Positions 46,321-57,333 of a stretch of DNA of 64,000 nucleotides are shown piece after piece. The notes under the pieces are model-generated. The model was not told the DNA's origin and did no database searches. It was given only the letters and a program-made list of their open reading frames with translations. How positions within the stretch are numbered: position 1 is the first letter of the stretch; every line of letters begins with the position of its first letter. The translations under genes and the position numbers were made by a program. The DNA is from Hyaloraphidium curvatum SAG 235-1 (Eukaryota; Fungi; Monoblepharomycota), in contig JAIVFI010000026.1 of assembly GCA_025558095.1 (NCBI GenBank), positions 434,001 through 498,000 of the forward strand, written 5' to 3'.

Positions 46321-47827
46321 ATGAGCCTGTTCGAGCTCGTCTCCGCGAACCTGCCCGCCATCGTGGCTATCGTGGCCCTGCTTCTTGCTGCCGCGTTCTT
46401 GTTTGGATCGAAGGATGAGGGGAAGAAGACGGCGACCGCGAATGGCGTCCACGCCGCGGTCAAGAAACCGGGCCTCGTGAAGCTCCCGCCGGACGAAGCG
46501 CAGCGCGTGGCGAAAGAGTTCGACTTGGCGACTCTCCGCCGCGACTTTTACAACGATCCGTTCATTGTTTACCACGGTGTGTTCGCTTGTTCTTCCGCCT
46601 TCTACTGTCCCTCTGATCCTCGTTCATGCCAGCTCTCCGCGACAATGAGCCCCTCAAGGTGCTCGCCGACAAGTCTGTCTTCATCACTCGCTACGCGGAC
46701 GCGTCCGCGGTCTACAACAACGCCAAGGTCTTTGCCTCGGGGAAGAAGATCGAGTTTATGCCCAAGTTCGGCGCCGACACGCCTCTCTACGAGCACCACA
46801 CCACCTCGCTGGTCTTCAACGACCCGCCGCTCCACACGAGGGTGCGCCGCATTCTCCTTGGCGCCCTGACCACCAAGAACTTTGAGCGTATGGAGCCCAA
46901 CATCCAGCGTTTGGTGAACGAGCTCCTGGACAAGGCCGACAAGAAGGGACGGATCGACCTGGTCGAGGACTTTGCCACGATCGTCCCGATCGAGGTCATC
47001 GGCAACCTGCTCGACGTGCCGCACGAGGAGCGCGGCCCGCTGCGCGCGTGGTCGCTCGTGATCCTCGGCGCCCTGGAGCCCGTCCTGACGCCGGAGCAGA
47101 TGAAGAAGGGCAACGACGCCGTCACCGAGTTCACGACCTACCTCAAGGACCTCGTGCGCCGGCGCAAGGAGAAGCCCGGAGACCCGGAAACGGACTTGCT
47201 GACGAGGCTGCTCCAGGGAGAGCCCGGGACGGGGGAGATGCTGACCGAGTCGGAGCTCCTCCAGAACTGCGTGTTCCTGCTGAACGCCGGGTAGGTCTTT
47301 CGTGCTATTCCTGGCCTGGATCACTGATCCGCGAGCCTAGGCACGAGACTACCACGAACCTGATCGCCAACGGCCTCGTGTCGCTGTACCAGCACCCGGA
47401 TCAGCTCGCTCTGCTCCAGTCTGATCCCGAGAAGTACATGGCCTCGGCGATCGACGAGCTCCTCCGCTTCCAATCCCCAAACCAGCTCGGCAACCGCAGG
47501 ACCACGCAGGCCGCGAAGCTGGGCGGCATGGAGCTGGAGCCTGGCACCCGCATCCACATCGGGATCGGCGCCGCGAACCGCGACCCCGAGCAGTTCCCCA
47601 ACCCCGACCGGCTGGACATCACGCGGTCCCCGAACCCGCACTTTGCCTTTGCCAGCGGCGTGCACCGCTGCCTGGGGGAGAAGCTGGCGAAGATCGAGGC
47701 GAGGATCGCGATCGGAGGCTTCATCAAGCGCTTCCCGCACTACCGGGTGCACGAGGACAAGGCTGTCCGCAGCCAGCGCGCGCGGTTCCGCGGGTACACC
47801 GAGATCCCGGTGGATGTCCACGGATAG
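46321..47827 (+). CDS. Bacterial-type cytochrome P450 with an added N-terminal TM anchor; introns 46577-46632 and 47291-47340
   Basis: FYNDPF, LVFNDPPLHTRVR, NAGHETT, DELLR, GAANRDPEQFPNPDRLDITRSPNPHFAFASGVHRCLG. Confidence 0.92.
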
Positions 47828-47944
47828 CTTCGAACGCGGCCGAAAAATGACATGTAACGACCTTGGCTTTGCAATGAAAGTGGGAATGTCACTTGCGCCA
47901 AGGCCGACTCGCCAGTACGTCAACTTCAAAAGCGGTCTAGCACG

Positions 47945-49112
47945 ATGAGGCCGGCCAGCGCCTTGCTCTCGAGAGCCATGCGGTCGCGAAACTATTCCAG
48001 CAGCTCGGACGGCCTCGTGCGCTGGCTGGAGAACAACGCCGCGCGTCCGACGCAGCGCGTCCCGTCGCGCCTCGACACGGACCAGGCCTCTCTCCTCTCG
48101 TCTACGATCCACGATGACCCCCGCGAGTTCCGGAGCGGCGAATGCCTTCCCCCGATGTGGCATTTGGTGTATTTCCCGGCGCGACACACGCTCGAGCAGC
48201 TCGGGAAGGACGGGCACGCGTCCGACATCCACCCCCCTGGTGGGAGACGAAGTCGTGCCTATCCCACGGGACTGACAGTGACCTCGTGTTCTGCATCCCG
48301 ACATCAGGCTTCAACAGGCGGATGTGGGCCGGCGGACGCATCAGCTGGAACCTGGACAACCCCGCGACGCTTTCCACCTCGGAACACGAGGCAACGCTGG
48401 CGTACAGCCCGCAGTACAAGATCCGGACCGGCAAAAGGGGACCCATGGTTTTTGTCGAGGAGCTCAGGGAGGTGGTCAACTCTCGGGGGTGGTGTGTGAG
48501 GGAGCAGCGCGACGTTGTCTACCTTACCGCGGCGCCGCCCGCGGAGGGGAAGGGCGACGGGGCGGACGCCGCCGCGAAGAGCAAGGAGGGTGGGGCGGGT
48601 ACCGTTGCAAGTGGTTCGGCTCCAGCCGCGCCGTCGGCTGCTTCACCGAAGGAATCGGTTTCGGCCGACTTTGAACGGACCGTGATCCCGAACGAAGTGA
48701 TGCTCTTCCGGTTTTCGGCCCTCACGTGGAATGGCCATCGGATCCACTACGACGAGCCCTACGTCACGGGCGTCGAGGGCTACAAGGGTGGGTTGCGACG
48801 GATTGCCGCCGAGGAGCATCCACCTGATCCGATGCCACTTCTCCAGGGCTCGTCACCCACGGTCCTCTGGTCTCTCTGCTCCTGATTGACACCCTCCACT
48901 GTCAGGTTCCGTCCCTGCGGTGCAACGTGGCGTCGAGGCTGCCCCTCGAGCCCTCGAGGCTCAAAACATGGACCTACAGGGCCCTGAACCCGTGGATCGT
49001 CGGCGAGCCGGTCGTCTTGAAGGGCAAGTTCGACGCGGACGGCTGCGGGGCCGAGCTTTGGGCGGAGAATGCGGCGGGCAGGAGGGGGATGGAAGGCCGG
49101 GTGACCTGGTGA
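47945..49112 (+). CDS. HTD2: Mitochondrial hydroxyacyl-thioester dehydratase (HTD2 / FAS1-like MaoC), 2 introns
   Basis: Arg/Ser-rich presequence; LPPMWHLVYF, RRMWAGG, LFRFSALTWNGHRIHYD, LVTHGPL. Confidence 0.85.
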
Positions 49113-49303
49113 GCTGGTCGACATGTGATGCCGTCGATTGCAGTCAGTTTGCGACGTTCATTGTAGCGGATGAAGAGCATTCGGTGGTCGAGTCGCATAG
49201 AGGTCTTGCGCCTTTGCGAGCGAATGACTCTGATCCCCCCGCGCCGCCTTCGCCACGCGGCGCCGTCCCTGAAAGGAGTCACCTCGATCAAGGACACACC
49301 GCG

Positions 49304-50941
49304 ATGCGCAGCCCCCCGAATCCTGGCGCTTCGGCGCTCATCGTCCTGCTCGCCGTCGTCGCCCTCGCCTGCCGCGCCGCGGCCATCGAGCGGCCGCCGA
49401 CCGCCATGCCCGGCGACGACGGCCTCCCGCAACCGTACATTGACGCCAACTGCACCGTCGGCAACGTCACCCAGCGAATCGACCACTTCAACACCAGCGA
49501 CGCGCGCACCTTCAACCAGCGCGTCTATGTCTGCGACGCGTACTTCCCGCGGACGACGGCAGAGGCCGCGAGCAACGGCTCGGTCATCGTCTTCCTCGGC
49601 AACGAGTCGCCGCTGAACAACATCGTACAACCCATCGTGTTTGAGAACGCCGCGCGCATGCGCGCCCTCATCGTCGAGATTGAGCACCGTTATTACGGCC
49701 GGTCTATCCCCTTCCCGCTCGGCGCGAACGGGATGCTGCCGACAGAGCAGTATAAGTACCTCACCATGGAGCAGGTCATGGCCGACACCAAGCTGGTGGT
49801 CGAGACCGTGCGCGGCTCGCGCGGCGTGCCTCCAAGGGTGCCCTCCCTGGTCATTGGCGGATCTTACGGAGGCCAGCTGTCGTCGTACCATCGGTTGACC
49901 TATCCGGACACATTCCAAGCTGCAATAGCATCGAGTGCTCCCGTGGACTACGTGCTCGGGACGCAGCTGCTGGACAGGACCGTGGAACGCTTTCACGAGG
50001 TGCTGCGCCGTGCGTACGAGACTCTGGCGAGCCCCGAGTGCGCGACCAACATTCGCACGGGAATGGACCAGGTGGCTGCTTCCCGGAACGGCACCGTGGC
50101 CGACAGGCGCAGCGCGGCGCTTGCACTGGGCCTGTGCCGCGCCGACTCGGTCCTGGACGATCCCCTGACGGTGCAGCCCCTGCTCGGCTTCCTCTACGAC
50201 TCGTTTGTCGGCCCGGCTCAGCTGAACGACCAGAAGCCGTACCCCGGATACATTAAGAGCATCTGCTCCGCCGTCAACGAGTCGCTCGCCAACGACCCGC
50301 AGAACTACCTCGGCGCCCTCCAGGCCGCGTACCGCCTCCAAAACTCCTCGGAACCCGCCGACTGCTTGGATTTTGTTCCTGAGAATGTGGTGCTTCCTCC
50401 TCCGAGTGCCGATCCCATTTGGCCCAGCTACAACTATCAATCGTGCGCCCAGGGCGCCGTCAACTCGGGCGAGCTCTCCACCAATGGCTCCACGGGCCTC
50501 CTCCCGACCTACACCCTCACCGTGCAGGACATCCGCGCCGACTGCCTCCGCTACTTCGGCCCCTCCTTCCCGCCAATGACCCCGCTTCCCGTCTCGCTCG
50601 ATTTCCGCAATGCCCTCGCGCGAACGGGGGCCGTGGTCTTTACCAACGGCGACGCGGACCACTGGAGCGGGGGCTCCATCTCGACGGCCATCCCTGGCGT
50701 CAGGATGGCGACGGTCGTTTACCCGAACGCCTCGCACTGCACCGACACCCACACATACAATTGGAACAACACGGCCGAGCCTCCTTCGTACAGGCAGCTG
50801 AGGACGCAGGCCATGGACGCGGCGAGGGTGTGGATGGAGGAGTACAGGGCCAAGCCGTCCGGTGCTGGGGCGATCGGGGCGGGCAGGCTGCTGGGGGCCA
50901 CGGTGGCGGCAGTGGCAGCCGTCGTCATGCTGGGGGTGTAG
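49304..50941 (+). CDS. Peptidase S28 (prolylcarboxypeptidase-like), secreted and probably GPI-anchored, intronless
   Basis: QRIDHF, EHRYYGRS, GGSYGG, ASSAPV, NGDADHW, HCTD; hydrophobic C-terminal tail. Confidence 0.92.
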   Translation: MRSPPNPGASALIVLLAVVALACRAAAIERPPTAMPGDDGLPQPYIDANCTVGNVTQRIDHFNTSDARTFNQRVYVCDAYFPRTTAEAASNGSVIVFLGNESPLNNIVQPIVFENAARMRALIVEIEHRYYGRSIPFPLGANGMLPTEQYKYLTMEQVMADTKLVVETVRGSRGVPPRVPSLVIGGSYGGQLSSYHRLTYPDTFQAAIASSAPVDYVLGTQLLDRTVERFHEVLRRAYETLASPECATNIRTGMDQVAASRNGTVADRRSAALALGLCRADSVLDDPLTVQPLLGFLYDSFVGPAQLNDQKPYPGYIKSICSAVNESLANDPQNYLGALQAAYRLQNSSEPADCLDFVPENVVLPPPSADPIWPSYNYQSCAQGAVNSGELSTNGSTGLLPTYTLTVQDIRADCLRYFGPSFPPMTPLPVSLDFRNALARTGAVVFTNGDADHWSGGSISTAIPGVRMATVVYPNASHCTDTHTYNWNNTAEPPSYRQLRTQAMDAARVWMEEYRAKPSGAGAIGAGRLLGATVAAVAAVVMLGV

Positions 50942-51043
50942 ATGGGGATCTGGCTATGGATCAGCTGCAGTTCTAAGTCTTGCTTCAGTGGAAGGTACTT
51001 GCTATACGGTCTGTCCAGGCGACCCACGTCTCCTCCAACGCAA

Positions 51044-51710
51044 TCAACCCTGGTCCTCCCCGTCTGCAGCATCCCCTGGCCGGCAAGTGAGCTTGTGCGT
51101 GCTCCAGGCCGCCCGCTGGCACTCTTTTGAGCAGTACCACACCCTCTTGCACCTGCCGCACCTCCGCAACTCGGATTTCTTCATCAGCGCGTAGCAGCTG
51201 CAGCACGTGCTCGTCGCTGGCAAGCGTACGGGGGTTCCGGAGATGCCGCCGAAAGCTTTGCGAAGGAGTTTTGGGAACAGCAGCTCGCAGTCAGGGCTTT
51301 CGCACGAGGGTGCGATGACGGCAGCCTAGTTGTCGAAGAGCCGGCCGTTCCTGCCGACATTGTGGAATGCAGTTGATCGCAGCTTTGTTGTGCGCCGACC
51401 GCACTCGACGCAAGGGCTCCGGAAGGCCGCTCGGCAGGCCGTACGGGTTCTGGCGATACGAAGTCGCTGAAGAGTCCGCGGGCGACTTCCGTCTCAAGCA
51501 CGAAAGTGGCGACTTGGTGGAAGGCCAGTCTTTCGGGCTCGTTCAAGGGCGGCAAGTCGGGCTCGAAGACAGGCGGTCCCCGCCGGATTCGCTCCGCCGA
51601 TGACGGGCCCGGCCAGCTTGGAGGTCAACGCCCGGTGAACCTCAGATCCGGCATTCCGGGAACGTTCCAGCTCTCTACGGTCCGTTCTCCTTGGTGTCGC
51701 ACGCACGCAT
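51044..51710 (-). pseudogene. MYND zinc-finger pseudogene
   Basis: CCSCY...RCGRCKRVWYCSKECQRAAWSTHKLTC; upstream PCVECG; in-frame TAG at 51326-51328 plus a frameshift near 51450. Confidence 0.7.
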
Positions 51711-51779
51711 AGTCCGGACCTCGAGGGCCTCGATGCGGTAGTCCTCCGACGTGCCGATCGCTTATAAAGAAGGACTGCT

Positions 51780-51798
51780 AGAGTCTCACGCTCTACCG
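51780..51798 (-). repeat. 19-bp tRNA-Lys fragment (D-loop to anticodon), direct repeat of 52998-53016
   Basis: AGAGTCTCACGCTCTACCG is identical at both sites. Confidence 0.9.
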
Positions 51799-52664
51799 AA
51801 AGGAGGTTGTTGGCGAGCCGGTCCGCACGGCGTGCCGCTCCGCGCGATTCCAAACAGCACGTGCCGCGCCAAAGCACGACAAGAGGGTCGGGGGAGCGGG
51901 CTGGGGCACCTCCAACACCAGGCGCTGTCCCAGCTCGACCTCGTGCTGCCGGAGGCGTCAAAGCGCGGCCGCGGTGAACGGGAAGAAGCTCCGCATCGCG
52001 CACCCCTGTGCCGCGTCAGCGCGATCGGCGGCACGCGCTCGATGGCGGCGGAGGGCAGGTGGAAGGAGAGCAGTGGCAGCGGTGCCTCGTTCCCGTCCTC
52101 CGACGCAACTCCGCCGCGCAAGCTCGGTCGCCGGGGATGCGCGGCGGCGCCATTTCCATCGGGCCGGTGCGGTGGGCTCATGGGCAGCCGCAATCTCCGC
52201 CGCGGGACAACAAAACTCCGCTCTCCGTGGTCCCTACGGACGCACCGTCAGCGGTGAGGGAAGCCGACGACGCGCGCGCGGGCGGAGTCGGGACCCACCT
52301 CCTCGCCTACACACCCCGGCCACGGCGCCGTCTGACGGCCGCCGGCCTTCGCCGCTCCCCGCAAAACCACGGAATCCCACCTCATGATCCCCTCCCCGAA
52401 CGGCCCCCTCCACCCGGCCCGTGGATGCACGGATGCGCGCGGGCGGCCGAAAACGCGAAGGAGCGTCTCGGGCGGCCCCGGCCGCAGCGCATCCGGGCGC
52501 GCGCCGGCGGCGCCGGGCGGGACACCGCGGGCATGGCGCGCGGCATCGTGTCACGGGCCGGCGCGCTGCCTGGACGGGGGTTGGAAGAGCGTGGAGTGTC
52601 GATGGGTCTTGGAAGGACTTCGCGGCGTGGCATTTGATCACGACAGCACTCAACGTCGCGCACA
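51798..52664 (+). repeat. About 860-bp repeat, copy A (inverted relative to 57334-58194)
   Basis: Long, visibly alignable reverse-complement match, e.g. GGGGGTTGGAAGAGCGTGGAGTGTCGATGGGTCTTGGAAGGACTTCGCGG. Confidence 0.9.
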
Positions 52665-52944
52665 GAGAATCATCAAGATTGAGCGGGTTACCATCAGGCA
52701 CCCGCACTGGACGACGGTGAACCAGATCGAGGAGGAACGGAGGGCGAAGCGATGTTGATGGAAAGAATTGACAGTCCGAAAGCGACGGTCCCTTCGCAGA
52801 CTCCCGAGCGTGCCCGGACCCTTGATTCCCCCGCCTCGCCCTCGTCCATTCCTGTTCCGTTCCTCACTCCTCTCCTCGAAACCTCTTACTTACTACCTCC
52901 AGTCGAAAAAAGGCTACCTGCTGAGGAAAAGTGAAAAGGAGCCG

Positions 52945-53016
52945 CACCCACGGTGGGGGTCGAACCCACGGCCTTGAGATGACCTCTAACTCGTATAAGA
53001 GTCTCACGCTCTACCG
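52945..53016 (-). pseudogene. 5'-truncated intron-containing tRNA-Lys(CTT)
   Basis: Reverse complement reads CGGTAGAGCG-TGAGA-CT-CTT-A-[15-nt intron]-A-TCTCA-AGGCC-GTGGG-TTCGACC-CCCAC-CGTGGGTG; the 5' acceptor strand and first D-stem strand are absent. Confidence 0.88.
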
Positions 53017-53320
53017 GGAGGCGAGCCGTGTACCGTGCCATCAAACCCCCCACGTCCCATTCCTTACCGTCTGATCCTTCCAGCGGGGGGTGCGCGCGTC
53101 GGGCGATCCGTGGGATGAAGGCCGCTGCCGCGGGTCCGAGCCGACCGTGGGTCTCTTGGCCGAGAGGAACATAGTCCACCGGAGCCGGGTCCGGGATCGC
53201 AAAGCGACCGTTGAAATATTCCACCTTCTTAGCCTCAGCGTTCGCGGCCGTCACCCCGGGCTCCCCGTCGGGCGGGTGGCTCCAACGACCGCCAATGTCG
53301 ACACTCCCAAACCCTGCTTT
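53017..53320 (-). mobile_element. Remnant of an RLE-type (CRE/R2-like) non-LTR retrotransposon endonuclease domain
   Basis: VDI...PGVTAANAEAKKVEY...YVPLGQETHGRLGPAAAAFIPRIAR. Confidence 0.65.
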
Positions 53321-53478
53321 TCAGGATCGTCTTGATTGATCACGGAATCCCTTCCCGGCTCCCTTGGCATTTAGTGCCGTATTCAAGTCTCCCATTTAGC
53401 TTTCCTGGAGTAACCTCGCTGTGGCCGAACGATGATTTCTTGATATATACACCCACAACTCTTCTGGTCACAAGAAAC

Positions 53479-53568
53479 ACCCGCGTAGCTCAATTGGACT
53501 AGAGCGTGAGACTCTTACACGAGTTAGAGACCATCTCAAGGCTGAGGGTTCGACCCCCTCCGTGGGTG
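53479..53568 (+). tRNA. tRNA-Lys(CTT) with a 15-nt intron (53518-53532)
   Basis: Acceptor ACCCGCG/CGTGGGT, A-box TAGCTCAATTGG, anticodon stem TGAGA/TCTCA, T-arm GAGGG-TTCGACC-CCCTC; downstream T-runs fit a Pol III terminator. Confidence 0.93.
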
Positions 53569-55790
53569 GATTTATTTTCATTTTTGAGCCCCCGTTGCTA
53601 TTGGTGCGATGAAGACCAACAGTAGATCAGTTTGCTTTCTTGAAAAAGAAGACCAGGTACGCCGGGGGATGGTTGAGGGCAAACACCCCACCGACGCTGC
53701 GGCGCGCTGGAGCGGCAGCGGACGCCGCATCGCCTGCGGTCCCGCCCTGGCCATGGGGCCCGACGCGGTGCCTCTCCGCGTCCGACCCGCGGCCGCGCGT
53801 CATCCCCGACCCCGAACCGCCCGCCCAAGTGCGCGTACCAAAGCACCTGTCCTTGAAGGTGCCCTCAGCAATCACCTGACGACGGAGACCGGGGAGCGGG
53901 GCGCTAGCGGGCACTGGGACCCCCTTGCCTCCCCCCGCGCCGGCCTCCGACCACGCAGGAGTTGGACGCGCTGAAGCAGAAGGCGCGGCGGCTCCGGGAG
54001 GAGGAAAGGGACGGAGAGAATGGACGAGAGGGACGGCGGTGCGCTCGGAGGCGACGACGCCGAGGGGGGGAACGCGCTTTGGTCCACCACGCCAAGGTCC
54101 CGACGTCGCCGGCTGCCTCGTGCTGCCGGCCGCGGGGGGGCTACGAGGAGAAAGAGGAGGGCGACGTGTTTTCGAGCTCGAGGAACGAGGACGAGGACGA
54201 GGGCGAGGGTATGAAGGTGATGAGGGCCTCGCGGTGCACGGACTCCCCCGAGTTGTACATCGGGACGTTCATGTGCTCCCTGTCGTATTCCAAACCCGTC
54301 GCCGACTAGAGTTGCCATCGCTGTTGCGATGCATCTTTCGCGCGCGGCGTCGAGTGCGGGACGGCCGCGCGATGGCCGCGTGGAGCGGCGATGACGATGG
54401 GCCCTGGCGGTCAGGGTCTCCGGGCGGATTCCCTTTACAAGGATCTCGCGTGACTCAATCTAACGACGCCACGGGCCCGCGAAAGAAAGCGATGATACGG
54501 AATCAACGCCGGAACTCTGATTGCCTAGTTTGCGAAGCGTGGGTGCACGACGGTCTGGTGGCGGCGATGCTGACAGACTTGACACGCTTCGTTCTTGCTC
54601 CCCACTCACGCATACTGCCCCCGCAGCACATTCACATAGGCCTCTGGACCATGAAGAGCACACGCTGGTGCAGCACATGAATATGCATTGCATTTGTTTC
54701 ACCATCCTGCTTTCACACTTCACGCATTTCGTCGCAAAGCTATACTCCGTCCTCACCAAAGCTGTTATCAAAAAGCCGGTGCATCAGACATATTTGAGGG
54801 CTCCCAATGCTCGATTCTGCTGCAGGATTATGTGGATGGTCCACTACAATGGCGGAAATGGTGGCAGATGTCGTGGTCAAGCTAGGAAAACTCACGATGT
54901 GGTTCGAAAATCTGCGCTACCATCCCATCTAGGTGTCTTGATTGGTGCTGCATGCCTTCTTCGATTGCAATGTAGGCACTTGGTTGATGATTTCTCCACG
55001 TTCAATGCTGCAAGAAGCAACATCTGGGGCATGTCGAGACTCTGGTAACGTTGCCTTCGAGGGGCTGAATTGGAGGCCATGAATACAGTACTTAACGACA
55101 AGGAAGCCAGGAATCAGTCCCAACATCGATAATAACGACGCTGGAAAATAGCTTTCTCAGCTGGAGCATCAATTTCCAGTGTCTGTGCCGATAGCAAGAG
55201 TCAGCTTACACGTCTTGCCGGGCAACATTCACAGCATTGATCACAATGGCCAGCCTAGCATCCACGTTTCCGAAGGCTCCAACTACCAGAGTGGGTTACG
55301 TGGCCCAACAGCTCCTCTCCCTCTCCGGCATGAGCTTCAGCAGGGATGTCATGCGGACCAAGGCGTAATCAAGATCTCGCCATTGCAACAGTGCGTGACA
55401 AGGCGGATGCCTCCTGCCACCAGCAATGGCGGTTTCAGTAAGCCGTTTGCTGTGCGTGGTCATCCTCGTCCAGGAGACTGATGAGCTCGACGTCGCGGTG
55501 AGGAGGGGCGCTCAGTCTTCAAGCTGATAGAGCCAAGGAACCAGGCACGGCACTATGCGGGAAAAATCCGATGCAGCAGGCCGAAAATTCCTTTGTGAAA
55601 CAACGGCTGGCAGCGTCTGGCTTTAATGCAGGCAGCAGGTGAGAAGGAGGTTGACTCGCCGAGCGACTGCGCGCGCGGGACGACGGACCCGAGTCGGTCG
55701 CGTTCTCCTCCCCACCTTCGAACGCGGCATCTCCCGCCTCCCTCCCTCCGCCCGCCATCTGACGCTGCTGTTTGCACGATCCTCCCCGCA

Positions 55791-56609
55791 ATGAGCGGGT
55801 CGACGGGCGAAGCCGAGGTCCCCGCCGAGGCCTCCGCCGAGGTGCGCGACCCGAGCTTCGCGCACTCCTTTTCGTCTCATCCCCGACATGCCGCCGTCCT
55901 CCGGACATCAGACGACTTGGGCGGACACCGCGGGGCATTCCAACGTCGTCAACACGGGACATTCATCGGCTCCGGGTTCCGGGTGGACGTGGGATGTGGT
56001 GCTTGTTGATGGCCATGGGGGAGAAGAAACGGCGGCCGAGGAGTCCGAGGGGGATGATTCGGAGCTGGACACCATCGACGGCGAGGTGGACGGTACAGGC
56101 GAAGCGGAATCTGTTGAAGGCAGGTGTTCCAGCACATTGTGATCCGTGGTGGTCATTAACGCGAGGGATGCTCCATTAGACGGCCTTCCCGCTCTCGAGC
56201 CCTCGCCAATCATCTTAGGACGTATGTGGGAACGGGGCGGCCGGTGGTGTTGTTAACGGGGTCCCAGTTCACAGTATTCTATGCCCCCTCCTTTTCGGTC
56301 TCGCAGCCTCGGCCGTTGCTCCTCACCCCAGCCAGCTCGGCCGCATCTCGCACCCGTGCAACCTTTCGTTTACAGTGGACCAGTACAACGAGGTCTGTCC
56401 ATCTCCGGATTGACATTGCCACCAGCAGCTGACTCTATTCTGCGCAGATGATACAGGCTTTCGAAGTTCGTGTTGAAACAGAGGCACCCGACGATGGAGG
56501 ACACATAGATGACGCGGAGGACGAGGAATCGGATGAAGGAGAGGATGACGAGGAGGACGAGGATAGCTACGCGGAGGATGGCAGGGAGATCGCCTTGGTG
56601 GTTGACTGA
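55791..56609 (+). pseudogene. Degraded intron-containing gene for an acidic protein
   Basis: MSGSTGEAEV..., EESEGDDSELD, DDAEDEESDEGEDDEEDED exons; GT/AG signals; internal TGA near 56140. Confidence 0.35.
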
Positions 56610-57333
56610 GCGCAGAAATTCTCGTGTTGGCTACGTCAATCCTACATCACGGTCGGAAAGGAATAAGAATCACAATCCATGCCGCGTTTGATGTCGTAGC
56701 AGGCTGCCGACTTCCGCACCGCTGGCGCGGGCGGGACGAGCGTGCGGGGGGGACGCGAGACCCGCAGCCGCGACAAACGACTTCCATCTTCCCATCGAAA
56801 CGCAATCGTTCGCCTCCCCTCCATTCACCGGCTCTCCTTTTCCGCGTACCCGCTGTTCCCGCGATGAGCGACCCGGCCGCGCCCGGAAGAGAAGATGGTG
56901 GGAAGCGCAGAGGCGGCGCATGGGGTCTAGAAGTTGACGAGGGCGGACATGCAGTCCACCGTCATGCCCACGGGAAAGCAGCACAACGATAAGTAGTTTC
57001 ACGGGGTGAAGACCGTGGAGCAGGAGGAGTAGATGATAGCACGATGACCCGTGGGAAGGAGGACGCGAGACGTTGGCCGCCCGCGTCGGTAGCGATGGCC
57101 AAGGATCCCATGCCAAATAATGAGAGGACTGCGGTCCCGGCTCATATCCCGGCGATATCTGCGCAATTCCAGGCCCAGGCGCACGGTATCCGCGTTCTCC
57201 GACGAAGCTGGCCCGAACCAAGCTTGACGATGCGCCGGAGCGTCCCAGCGTCGGCACCCCGAGCTTCGCGCGGAGGAGATGCTCGAACCAGCAGAGACGG
57301 CGAGCACGTCGGTTCAGGCCCACAGGAAGCCGA

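Noticed and set aside
53962-54309. Charged ORF downstream of the intact tRNA
   Set aside because: Low complexity, no ATG start and no motif; it cannot be supported as a gene.
56565-56574. AGCTACGCGG as the missing 5' end of the broken tRNA
   Set aside because: The match is incomplete and lies inside an acidic coding stretch; 61795-61805 fits better.
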